This document shows positions 1-10,772 of a DNA stretch of 64,000 bases, one piece after another (within the stretch, counting starts at the first letter, position 1; each line of letters starts with the position of its first letter). The notes beneath the pieces are model-generated. The model worked only from the letters and a program-made list of their open reading frames with translations. It had not been told where the DNA came from and searched no databases. The position numbers were made by a program, and so were the translations under genes. Source of the stretch: Macrostomum lignano (lineage: Eukaryota); contig NIVC01002201.1 of assembly GCA_002269645.1 (NCBI GenBank), positions 270,429 to 334,428 on the forward strand, read 5' to 3'.

Positions 1-78
1 TTGGTTAAAGTGCTACTAATTTTCGCATTCTTCATCATTGGATTCGGTCTGGCGTTTAATATTGGCTTAGTGAGCCAG
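1..78 (+). CDS. TRPA1-like channel, internal exon (S5 helix); 5' part lies outside the window
   Basis: Frame 1 reads LVKVLLIFAFFIIGFGLAFNIGLVSQ (hydrophobic, TRPA S5-like) and ends at donor CAG|GTGAGT at 78/79, phase 0. Confidence 0.8.
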
Positions 79-149
79 GTGAGTTAACTGATGGCTGTGG
101 TTAACTTACTAATGGAGTGAAAAACTGGGAAGAGGGACTAGCTTGTGAC

Positions 150-915
150 GCCAAGAGTGCTCAGGTAACAGGTTGTGGCGCCAAGAGTGCTCAGGTAACA
201 GGTTTTGGCGCCAAGAGTGCTCAGGTAACAGGTTTTGGCGCTGAGAGTGCTCAGATATCATGCTCAGATATCAGGTTGTGGCACCAAGAGTGCTCAGATA
301 TCATGCTCAGATATCAGGTTGTGGCACCAAGAGTGCTCAGATATCATGCTCAGATATCAGGTTGTGGCACCAAGAGTGCTCAGATATCATGCTCAGATAT
401 CAGGTTGTGGCACCAAGAGTGCTCAGATATCATGCTCAGATATCAGGTTGTGGCACCAAGAGTGCTCAGATATCATGCTCAGATATCAGGTTGTGGCACC
501 AAGAGTGCTCAGATATCGATCATGCTCAGATATCAGGTTGTGGCACCAAGAGTGCTCAGATATCATGCTCAGATATCAGGTTGTGGCACCAAGAGTGCTC
601 AGATATCGATCATGCTCAGATATCAGGTTGTGGCACCAAGAGTGCTCAGATATCAGGTTGTGGCGCCAGGAGTGCTCAGATATCAGGTTGTGGCGCCAGG
701 AGTGCTCAGATATCAGGTTGTGGCGCCAGGAGTGCTCAGATATCAGGTTGTGGCGCCAGGAGTGCTCAGATATCAGGTTGTGGCGCCAAGAGTGCTCAGA
801 TATCATGCTCAGATATCAGGTTGTGGCACCAAGAGTGCTCAGATATCAGGTTGTGGCACCTACATGTAGAGTGCTCAGATATCAGGTTGTGGCGCCAGGA
901 GTGCTCAGATATCAG
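150..915. repeat. Minisatellite, 30-bp unit (TGCTCAGATATCAGGTTGTGGCACCAAGAG) with an optional 12-bp TGCTCAGATATC(A) insert
   Basis: Direct tandem copies fill most of the TRP intron 79-973. Confidence 0.95.
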
Positions 916-973
916 TCCGAGAGTAAATCAGCAGAATTGAAAGGCAATACATGTATGCCCACCAAAATTTTAG

Positions 974-1147
974 ACGCCATTTAAGTATCCGATGTATTCG
1001 ATTTTGAAGACTTTCGACATGACAGTTGGGGAAATGGAATTCGTCACCTATTTTATCAGCGGCACTTCGGGCAGAATGCAATTGGCACTGCTAGTGGTAT
1101 TTGTCATATTCGTTGTGGTAATGCCTATTGGTCTGATGAATTTGCTG
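974..1147 (+). CDS. TRPA1-like channel exon (pore loop and S6)
   Basis: TTTTAG|ACG acceptor; TPFKYPMYSILKTFDMTVGEMEF...VFVIFVVVMPIGLMNLL; donor CTG|GTAAGA; 174 nt, phase 0/0. Confidence 0.9.
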
Positions 1148-1243
1148 GTAAGATGAATGACAATTACGAGCGAATTGAGCGAGATCGTAAAAGTAAAGGC
1201 AAAATAATTTAAATGCATCTGCTCATACTATTTGATTCTATAG

Positions 1244-1312
1244 GTGGGAATAGCAGTTGGCGACATCGAAGGCATATCAAAAGAAGCTGGACTACGTTTG
1301 GTCGAGATTCGG
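1244..1312 (+). CDS. TRPA1-like channel exon (end of S6 and TRP-like helix)
   Basis: CTATAG|GTG acceptor; VGIAVGDIEGISKEAGLRLVEIR matches the TRPA motif NLLIGLAVGDI; donor CGG|GTTTGT; 69 nt. Confidence 0.88.
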
Positions 1313-1359
1313 GTTTGTGTTTTTCTCTGTCAACGTGTGCAATTAAAATTACAAACCAT

Positions 1360-1950
1360 ACGTGACAACCACCCCTATTTTCACACCCTCCCCCAATTAA
1401 ATTTACAAGCCACACGCGACAACCACCCCATTATCACACCCTCCCCCAATTACATTTACAAGCCACCCGCGACAATCACCCCAGAATCACACCCTCCCCC
1501 AATTAAATTTACAAGCCACACGCGACAACCACCCCATTATCACACCCTCCCCCAATTAAATTTACAAGCCACCCGCGACAATCACCCCAGAATCACACCC
1601 TCCCCCAATTAAATTTACAAGCCACACGCGACAACCACCCCATTATCACACCCTCCCCCAATTAAATTTACAAGCCACCCGCGACAATCACCCCAGAATC
1701 ACACCCTCCCCCAATTAAATTTACAAGCCACACGCGACAATCACCACACGATCACACCCTCCCCCAATTAAATTTACAAGCCACACACGACAACCACCCC
1801 ACTATCACACCTTCCCCCAATTAAATTTACAAGCCACCCACGACAATCACCCCACGATCACACCCTCCCCCAATTAAATTTACAAGCCACACGCGACAAC
1901 CACCCCATTATCACACCTTCCCCCACTTAAATTTTTGATCCACACGCGAT
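1360..1950. repeat. Minisatellite, 53-bp unit (CCCCAATTAAATTTACAAGCCACACGCGACAACCACCCCATTATCACACCCTC), about 11 copies
   Basis: Period 53 measured (1381 to 1434); two unit variants often alternate. Confidence 0.95.
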
Positions 1951-2052
1951 AACCACTCCATTATCGATTCGATAATTCGATTTCGAAACATTTTAACAAA
2001 CGATGTTGAGTTATAAATGTTAAAATCGACACTTTTGTACATTTACATGCAG

Positions 2053-2322
2053 ATCAATCTGGTATACGAAATGGAAACCAATCTACCTAGATATTTTCAA
2101 CGCCGTCTTTATCGGCGATTTCTACAGTTTTATCCGAACCGCACTGGAAACAGACTGGTTGAGTACATGCGTCCCTATGGGATGCAGTACAGGGATTGGC
2201 TGCAGAGATGCGCCGATGACAGAGCTGAGACCACAAACGAAGAGAGACTGGAGGCTGTGGAAGCAGCGGTTCAAGGATTGACTATTCTACTTAAAGATAT
2301 TCGCCAGGCTGTTGTACACTGA
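2053..2322 (+). CDS. TRPA1-like channel, terminal coding exon
   Basis: CATGCAG|ATC acceptor; INLVYEMETNLPRYFQRRLYRRFLQFYPNR resembles the TRPA C-terminal E..LP....YPN segment, followed by a coiled-coil-like tail; TGA at 2320-2322. Confidence 0.85.
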   Translation: MNLVYEMETNLPRYFQRRLYRRFLQFYPNRTGNRLVEYMRPYGMQYRDWLQRCADDRAETTNEERLEAVEAAVQGLTILLKDIRQAVVH

Positions 2323-3232
2323 CTACTGCACGTAAATGTTTTTAAGGGTGGCATGACTTAGGTTACTATCTATGAATTCGGCTTGGGGATTTTTTTGTTT
2401 TTTGATTTGAGTCTAAATTTATTTTTGCAGAACTTTGAAAACTGTGATTTTTGTTTATACTTTTTGCTGTTCTGAACTTGAAACTTAATTTTAAATTCTT
2501 TATACAGCTGCACGTAATATTAACAAATTAAAAATGCATGATGCAGACAATTATTAAAAAAATTCTTTTATTATCGATACTGTTTCAGAACTTCCAGGGA
2601 AATTTTATCATGTATATTTTTGCTGTTCGCACGTATGTGTCGCATGCACGTGATTGAAGTATAACAAATTTTCGAAGTTTAATATTTACAAGTTATTCTG
2701 TGTAGAGAAACAAAACCAGAGGAAAGTATGCTATAAAAAGCGCAAATTTGAAAAGCTTTTTACAATGCAAACAGAACATCAGCATGCTGATCAATAAGGA
2801 CATTTTCTTCTGTCAATATTCGTGAAGAATCATGATTGTTACAATAGAATTGTTTTAATTAGCTGCTTTTAACAAAATTAAAAACTCAAGATGCCTGTAC
2901 TAATTTTTTCAAAGTTAAATTTTAAGATTGCTTTTAACGCGATGAAAAAAATCAATAAAAAAACTACAAAACAAATTTATATGCGATTTTATAGAAAAAG
3001 AGATTGATAAAGAAATATAACTAAAAATATTGAATTTAGAATGAATAATTATTTCGAAGGTAATTTAATATTGTTAAGTGTTTAGTTAATTAATTTTGCT
3101 GGTTTGCCTTCACTTTATAGAGTCAACCTAGAATAAGAAGTTTAGGATATTAAAAAAAATTCTTTATATTGTACTCCATGATGTTGGCAACTTTCATGAA
3201 AATATTAAATTCAAAAAATTGTCTATCAGCTG

Positions 3233-3476
3233 TTAAACCACAGGCTTTTCTCTGAGTTCTTTGTCCAACATCGACTGCAGATCCGACAGCATGTCGCAGA
3301 TGTCATCCAGGTTAGAAAAGCTGTCATCGCAGTCTGAGGCGCCCGTAGCTGTTGAAGTTGGCGATGATAGAGAGCTGGGAGGCATCAGGAGAGTACTCCC
3401 GGGGGCGATGCTCTGCTGGTTGCCATGCTGGTTACCATGCTGGTTACCATGGTAGCCACTGACAAGGGGAAGGCGC
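3233..3476 (-). CDS. Caskin: Caskin exon 13 (last): conserved C-terminal helix
   Basis: Not in the ORF track. TTTTTTTTCTAG|G acceptor; (K)RLPLVSGYHGNQHGNQHGNQQ...DDSFSNLDDICDMLSDLQSMLDKELREKPVV*; the LDDI..M..DL motif matches the Caskin C-terminus. Confidence 0.85.
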
Positions 3477-3514
3477 CTAGAAAAAAAAGTGATTTGAAAT
3501 GCGCTTTACTGTGA

Positions 3515-4345
3515 TTCTTTCAGTGACAAATGATGAACTGACTCACTCAATGACAGATGATAAACTGACTCACTCAATGACAGATGATGAACTGACTCAC
3601 TCAATGACAGATGATAAACTGACTCATTCAGTGACAGATGATGAACTGACTCATTCAGTGACAGATAATGAACTGACTCATTCAGTGACAGATAATGAAC
3701 TGACTCATTCAGTGACAGGCAAACTGAATCATTCAGTGCCATACGAACTGACTCATTCAGTGACAGAAGAACTGACTCATTCAGTGACAGAAGAACTCAT
3801 TCAGTGACAGAAGAACTGACTCATTCAGTGACAGAAGAACTGACTCATTCAGTGACAGAAGAACTGACTCATTCAGTGACAGATAATGAACTGAATCATT
3901 CAGTGACAGGCAAACTGACTCATTCAGTGACAGGCAAACTGAATCATTCAGTGCCATACGAACTGACTCATTCAGTGACAGAAGAACTGACTTATTCAGT
4001 GACAGAAGAACTGAATCATTCAGTGCCATACGAACTGACTCATTCAGTGACAGAAGAACTGACTCATTCAGTGACAGAAGAACTGACTTATTCAGTGACA
4101 GAAGAACTGAATCATTCAGTGCCATACGAACTGACTCATTCAGTGACAGAAGAACTGACTCATTCAGTGACAGAAGAACTGACTCATTCAGTGACAGAAG
4201 AACTGACTCATTCAGTGACAGAAGAACTGACTCATTCAGTGACAGAAGAACTGACTCATTCAGTGCCATACGAACTGACTCATTCAGTGACAGAAGAACT
4301 GACTCATTCAGTGACAGAAGAACTGACTTATTCAGTGACATACAA
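3515..4345. repeat. Minisatellite, 24-bp unit (GAACTGACTCATTCAGTGACAGAA; 27-bp variants)
   Basis: Fills almost all of Caskin intron 12 (3477-4399). Confidence 0.95.
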
Positions 4346-4399
4346 AGTGCTCATTCAGTTTTTTAACGTCAAAGCTTTGAGGAAAGAACTCAATCTCAC

Positions 4400-4431
4400 T
4401 TGTTGACATCTGGCGAACTGCCATTAGGAAG

Positions 4432-4467
<36 letters not shown>

Positions 4468-4682
4468 GTGTCGAATAACAGTACCGCAGTTCTCATTAGC
4501 AAACGGAATCGAAGCGACCGATGCGGCAGAGTTAGATCTCGAGCAACTGTTACCAACTGCTGGGACAGAAGCAGTCTGAGACTGGGGCGGTGGCCGTTTC
4601 AGTTGCAGATTTCGAACGGCTGTTTCAATTTGGCCTGCGTTTTCGTAGGCACCACCGCGCGATGACGGTTGACGATGGTTGA

Positions 4683-4714
<32 letters not shown>

Positions 4715-5003
4715 GGCTGCGGCGGCTGCTGCGGTTGCACCATCGGACTGGGATCTCTGGATCGCAGCATGGAGGTCACTCGCTTCGGCGGAGGAGGCGG
4801 CACTTTTGCGGGCAGCGGCGGCGGCGGCGGCGGCGGCGGTGGATCCGACGTCTCCGTTGAAGATTGGCCAACCACCTTTGCTATCGGTTTGTTTCCCACC
4901 CGATGATGAGGAGACTGAGGCGGCTGATGATTGATCCTGTTCGGCTGCTGCACGGGAAGCTGGGGCGGCGCAGCCGCTGCTTGAGCTGAAGAGCTGCATG
5001 GTG
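4400..5003 (-). CDS. Caskin: Caskin exon 12 (Pro/Gln-rich region)
   Basis: TTTTGCTTGCAG|CA acceptor; poly-Pro, two poly-Gln tracts and the SIPFANENCGTVIR motif; donor AA|GTGAGA; 604 nt, phase 1/2. Confidence 0.88.
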
Positions 5004-5139
5004 CTGCAAGCAAAAGATTTGCATGCGGTGTAGGGAGGTTTTTAGTCCAGTTAAAATAACCAGGGCTCCAGCGGAATCACTGCTTGCCAGGTGCAGGGAC
5101 TGTCAAATTGATTCTTGACACTGCCAAAAGTTTCCTACG

Positions 5140-6522
5140 GCTAAAGCCCCTGGTGCTAAAGCCACTGGTGCTAAATCCACTGGTGCTAAAGCCACTGGTG
5201 CTAAAGCCACTGGTGCTGAAGCTACTGGTGCTAAATCCACTGGTGCTAAAGCCACTGGTGCTAAAGCCACTGGTGCTAAATCCACTGGTGCTAAAGCCCC
5301 TTGGTGCTAAAGCCACTGGTGCTAAAGCCACTGGTGCTAAAGCCCCTTGGTGCTAAAGCCACTGGTGCTAAAGCCCCTTGGTGCTAAAGCCACTGGTGCT
5401 AAAGCCACTGGTGCTGAAGCTACTGGTGCTAAATCCACTGGTGCTAAAGCCACTGGTGCTAAAGCCACTGGTGCTGAAGCTACTGGTGCTAAATCCACTG
5501 GTGCTAAAGCCACTGGTGCTAAAGCCCCTGGTGCTAAAGCCACTGGTGCTAAAGCCCCTGGTGCTAAATCCCCTGGTGCTAAAGCCACTGGTGCTAAATC
5601 CCCTGGTGCTAAAGCCCCTGGTGCTAAAGCCACTGGTGCTAAATCCACTGGTGCTAAAGCCCCTGGTGCTAAAGCCACTGGTGCTAAAGCCCCTGGTGCT
5701 AAAGCCACTGGTGCTAAAGCCACTGGTGCTGAAGCTACTGGTGCTAAATCCACTGGTGCTAAAGCCACTGGTGCTAAAGCCCCTGGTGCTAAAGCCACTG
5801 GTGCTAAAGCCCCTGGTGCTAAATCCCCTGGTGCTAAAGCCACTGGTGCTAAATCCCCTGGTGCTAAAGCCCCTGGTGCTAAAGCCACTGGTGCTAAATC
5901 CACTGGTGCTAAAGCCCCTGGTGCTAAAGCCACTGGTGCTAAAGCCCCTGGTGCTAAAGCCACTGGTGCTAAAGCCACTGGTGCTAAATCCCCTGGTGCT
6001 AAAGCCACTGGCGCTAAAGCCACTGGTGCTAAAGCCACTGGTGCTAAAGCCACTGGTGCTAAATCCACTGGTGCTAAAGCCCCTGGTGCTAAAGCCACTG
6101 GTGTTAAATCCCCTGGTGCTAAAGCCACTGGTGCTAAAGCCACTGGTGCTAAATCCCCTGGTGCTAAAGCCACTGGTGCTAAAGCCACTGGTGCTAAAGC
6201 CACTGGTGCTAAAGCCACTGGTGCTAAATCCCCTGGTGCTAAAGCCACTGGTGCTAAAGCCACTGGTGCTAAAGCCACTGGTGCTAAAGCCACTGGTGCT
6301 AAATCCACTGGTGCTAAAGCCCCTGGTGCTAAAGCCACTGGTGTTAAATCCCCTGGTGCTAAAGCCCCTGGTGCTAAAGCCCCTTGGTGCTAAATCCCCT
6401 GGTGCTAAAGCCACTGGTGCTAAAGCCACTGGTGCTAAAGCCACTGGTGCTAAAGCCCCTGGTGCTAAAGCCCCTGGTGCTAAAACCCCTGGTGCTAAAA
6501 CCCCTGGTGCTAAAGCCCCGTG
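5140..6522. repeat. Minisatellite, 15-bp unit (GGTGCTAAAGCCACT / GGTGCTAAAGCCCCT), about 90 copies
   Basis: Direct tandem copies in Caskin intron 11. Confidence 0.97.
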
Positions 6523-6641
6523 CTGACGACGTTCCTGATGCTAAAGCTCCCACGATGGCACCCCGAGGTGGCGCCACTTCAAAGACTCCTGCAGCCCCCC
6601 AGCAACCAAAATATTCTTGGATAAGCCTTAGGCGCACTCAC

Positions 6642-6800
6642 CTGCACAAGAGGAGTCAGGCGTATGCTGGACGATAGCATCTGCAGTAGCTGTGCATGTT
6701 CCACTAGAGGCTGTGTGTCTGTGTTGGTGTTGCTGCTGCTGCTGTATACTTCTGGGTCGTTTCAACCGATCAATGGCTACCATAAGCTTCTTCTGATGGC
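6642..6800 (-). CDS. Caskin: Caskin exon 11 (end of SAM2)
   Basis: Not in the ORF track. TTTTTTTCAG|GC; [24 protein letters not shown]...; donor GCAG|GTGAGT; 159 nt, phase 1/1. Confidence 0.92.
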
Positions 6801-7679
6801 CTGAAAAAAAATTGTTTTTTTGTTATTAACTGAAATTAAAAGCAATCGTTACGGATCGGAACGGGGCTGACAGAAGCGTCTTACCCTGACACTAAACGGT
6901 ATGAGCTATACAAAAGTAGACATGCACTGTCTGCAACCTACACGTAATTCGATCATGCAAACCTATGCTTATAACTATATCTGTAAACTAATCCAAGTCT
7001 AGCTAGTTTTTTACACAATGCTAACTATAGAATATGTAACAAAAAAGCTAGACGCAGTAAAATCACCAACTTTTAAATCTCATGTAGACACGTAAAAGAT
7101 GTGTGTGACATTATTACATGAATTGGGAATGCGTGTGACAAGTAAGGAATGATTTTGAATTTCACAAAAAAGTCAATTAGCTAATATATCTGTGATATTA
7201 CCATCTGTACAAAACTGTAACATGGGTTTGTGTGATTATAAAACTAATTACGGAATGCACACAGGTACACGTACTGTATTTAATATATAGCGTTTAAAAA
7301 AATCAATTTGTACCTAACAAAACTTTGGTACACTTGGCTGACGTCAACTGGCGCGTCTGAGCTGCTGGAAAAATATTTATAAGATTGATTTCTTAGAAAA
7401 CCGCACGCTCTAATATCGTTAAAATCTCACTTGAGTGCAATATTGCTGATACAGAAGGTTTTCCATTCTTTAATATACTACCTCAGCTTCTTAGCAACTG
7501 TTGAGTTGCTGCTAATGGAACAGCTTGTCAACAAAGAAAGCTTTACGAAAATAAACTGCACAAAAAACAGGCATGTTGTATTCAAACACGAGCATCTGAT
7601 CTGCTTGCAGAACAGAAATCGATCGCTGTTTTTGCGCGTCAAAAAATTGATTTTTTTCGCGTAAAACCATAAGATAATT

Positions 7680-8565
7680 GCTGAAATTCTGTGGCTCATG
7701 GGAGAATATTGCTGAGATGTCAAGGCTCATGGGGGAATTGCTGAGATGCCAAGGCTCATGGGAGGAATTGCTGAGATGTCAAGGCTCATGGGAGAATATT
7801 GCTGAGATGTCAAGGCTCATGGGGGGAATTGCTGAGATGCCAAGGCTCATGGGAGAATATTGCTGAGATGTCAAGGCTCATGGGGGGAATTGCTGAGATG
7901 CCAAGGCTCATGGGGGGAATTGCTGAGATGTCAAGGCTCATGGGAGAATATTGCTGAGATGCCAAGGCTCATGGGGGGAATTGCTGAGATGCCAAGTCTC
8001 ATATCCGGGGGAATTGCTAAGATGTCAATGCTCATGGGGGGAATTGCTGAGATTTCAAGGCTCATGGGAGAATATTGCTGAGATGTCAAGGCTCATGGGA
8101 GGAATTGCTGAGATTTCAAGGCTCATGGGAGAATATTGCTGAGATGTCAAGGCTCATGGGGGGAATCGCTGAGATGTCAAGGCTCATATCTGGGGGAATT
8201 GCTAAGATGTCAATGCTCATGGGGAGAATATTACTGAGATGTCAATGCTCATGGGGAGAATATTAATGAGATGCCAAGGCTCATGGGGGGAATTGCTGAG
8301 ATGCCAAGGCTCATGGGGAGAATTGCTGAGATGTCAATGCTCATGGGGAGAATATTGATGAGATGTCAAGGCTCATGGGGGGAATTGATGAGATGTCAAT
8401 GCTCATGGGGAGAATATTGATGAGATGTCAAGGCTCATGGGGAGAATTGCTGAGATGCCAAGGCTCATGGGGGGAATTGCTGAGATGCCAAGTCTCATAT
8501 CCGGGGGAATTGCTAAGATGTCAATGCTCATGTGGAGAATATTACTGAGATGTCAAGGCTCATGA
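7680..8565. repeat. Minisatellite, about 29-32-bp unit (TTGCTGAGATGTCAAGGCTCATGGGGGGAA)
   Basis: Direct tandem copies in Caskin intron 10. Confidence 0.93.
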
Positions 8566-8824
8566 GCAGAATTGTTAAATGCTTGGCTCATACATGTATG
8601 GGTTGCTCAAATGCCAAAGCACATAAGAGATCTGATATCCTTAGACTAAATAGCTGGATTTCAGATCGAATTCTGTTCTGCTTAAAAAATCGTTTTATCA
8701 GAAATAGAAATCAACAATGGGCGACCGTACAAGGTCACAGCCTATCTTTGTTCAAACATATTTATCTATAACTTTTTTCCACACATATCGTCACAAAAAC
8801 ACGTACGCGAGGATATATCCTTAC

Positions 8825-9545
8825 CAAGCTTCGAAACGCCAATTTCTTCCAGATCTTCCCAGGCCATGTTGGCTAAGTCTTGCACTAGCGCGAAGCCCTG
8901 CTGTCGAAGACAATCAGCGACACAGTCTGACAGGCCGAGGCGTTGACAGAACTGTCCGACATCGTCCATAGGATGAGCCGATGCTGCGGCCTCTTCAATT
9001 GAGTCAGGCAGCGCTGCCAGTCGCAAAGAGTTCGCCAGACGAACCAGCTCCTGGCGAAGGCGCTTTCGATGCTTGGGATCAGTCAGACCGACTGCGTTGA
9101 GATCTTCCGGAGTGCAGCGGATCAGCGTGGCCAGATCGTAGCCAGCCTCCTGGAAGTTGTCCAGATACAGACCGAACTGACAGGCATTGAGAAACTTTTC
9201 GAGCTGTTGCTCACTGCTCAGGCCGGCCCTGTGCCAATCTGCCGGGTTGTATGGAGGCTCGATGGTCAATTGATCGCCAGTCGAGCTGCTCACGGACGAA
9301 TTGGCATCGTCTGGCAGGCTGCCAAGACTACCCGAGGAGCACGTGCTTACTAGACTCTGTCGTGGTCCCAGGCCGGAGTCTTGCGAGCCTCCAACGCGAC
9401 TGGTGGAAGTGCAGGCGGCGGATCCTGCAACACCTCCGCCACTGACACCAGCGGCTGCTGACGTTGCGACAGGAGCTCCAGTTGATGTCGATGCCAATCG
9501 ACTGTTGCTAGCGGTGCTGCTTTGCGGTGGCAGAGCGAAGGCGAC
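8825..9545 (-). CDS. Caskin: Caskin exon 10 (SAM1 and most of SAM2)
   Basis: CATTTTAG|GTC acceptor; FQEAGYDLATLIRCTPEDLNAVGLTDPKHRKRL (SAM1) and WEDLEEIGVSKLG (SAM2); donor CTTG|GTAAGG; 721 nt. Confidence 0.93.
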
Positions 9546-9861
9546 CTAAAATGTCAGTGTTTCATGCTTTTCTGACTTCGTTCATGTAAAAATACTGTAA
9601 GCTTGCGCGTAATCTACTGCTAGTAGAGCGCTGAAGATTTACTTATTATAGTTTAATTAGATTTAGCGGGTTTTAGCCTGTGTTTTTGGAGGTTAATCAA
9701 AAACCTCATGGAAAACAGGTAAAATCGATTGGTAGAAGAAATTGTGACAATCATTAGGTTTTCCGCTCTAAATTAAAAGATAGCGTTTCTTGCCTTTTTA
9801 CGGTACATGTTCTACCAGTAAATATTAAAATATTATGGATCATACGAGCGTAGATTATGCA

Positions 9862-9979
9862 CATGACAAGCGTCGGAACGTTTGAAAAAGTGGGGGGGCA
9901 GGTGGTACCCATTGATGCCCTGGCCCCCGACTTCAAAAGTGGCGCTCCATGGACCCCCCCCCCCTTCCGACGCCTTATG
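9862..9979. mobile_element. Small MITE-like element (about 118 bp)
   Basis: Ends CATGACAAGCGTCGGAA and TTCCGACGCCTTATG form an imperfect inverted repeat with a 9-bp perfect core; internal G-run and C-run; no target-site duplication seen. Confidence 0.5.
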
Positions 9980-10077
9980 ATACATATGGAAAATTCAGTG
10001 TTATTGGAATTATTCTTTGCAATGAGACTAAAGTAATCCTAAACTTTATATTAGCGTTTTTACACGCCACTTTGCAA

Positions 10078-10151
10078 GGCCGAGTAGCTCAGTTGGTTAG
10101 AGCGTCGTGCTGATAACGCGAAGGTCGAGGGTTCGAGCCCCTCCCCGGCCA
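10078..10151 (+). tRNA. tRNA-Ile(GAT), intronic and antisense to Caskin
   Basis: 74-nt cloverleaf GGCCGAG TA GCTC AGTTGGTTA GAGC G TCGTG CTGATAA CGCGA AGGTC GAGGG TTCGAGC CCCTC CCCGGCC A; A and B boxes intact; one A:C mismatch in the acceptor stem. Confidence 0.88.
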
Positions 10152-10155
10152 GATA

Positions 10156-10161
10156 TTTTTT
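10156..10161 (+). terminator. RNA polymerase III terminator (T6)
   Basis: TTTTTT four nt after the tRNA discriminator base. Confidence 0.7.
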
Positions 10162-10209
10162 CAGATTTTTATTTTAAGTTTGGCTTTCATTCGGGTAATT
10201 TTTTCTTAC

Positions 10210-10772
10210 CCTAGAATCGCAGCTGGTTGCCGTGTGAGAACTGCTCCGACCGCTATCGAGGCTGGCCGCGCTGTTCCTGTTGCCGCTGCCACCGCCACTG
10301 ATTCCCGGAGGCGACGGCGCCCCGATGCCAACAACGGCCGAATCCGACGAATTCGTTGACGCAGCCGAATTTTGTGTTGAAATTGGCAGCTGCGGAATTG
10401 CGCAAGGCACGAGGCCCTCCGAATGCCGGCCGGCTTGGTGGTTAAAATAACCTGTGCCGGCCTGTTGGAGGTGACTTGGCAGAGGCGGATGCGAAGTTGA
10501 ACCAACCGACAGACTCCTGCCGCCAGTCGATGCGTCATTTGATCCTGATGGCGGTCTTTGCTCCGGCTGATGTCGACTAGCTTGGATTTGCACGGCGCTG
10601 CTTGGGAAGTAGCCAGCCCTGGACAGGCCCTGGCTAGTGACGTAGCCCTTCCAGATGTCACCGGCGCGCTCCAGCACGGTGAGTCTCTCACCGCACCGAA
10701 ATGCGATGCTTTTAGGGTCCGCTAGATCGCAGAAATCGCGAACAGCGACGGCCTCGACCGCTGATAGGCGTT
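10210..10772 (-). CDS. Caskin: Caskin exon 9 (SH3 domain and Ser-rich linker)
   Basis: CTTCTGCAG|AA acceptor; AVAVRDFCDLADPKSIAFRCGERLTVLERAGDIWKGYV...GYFPSSAV is an SH3 domain; donor AGG|GTAAGA; 563 nt, phase 1/0. Confidence 0.93.

Noticed and set aside
117-984. Three overlapping ORFs of about 250 aa
   Set aside because: They are translations of the 30/42-bp array, lie inside a well-defined TRP intron and have no domain content.
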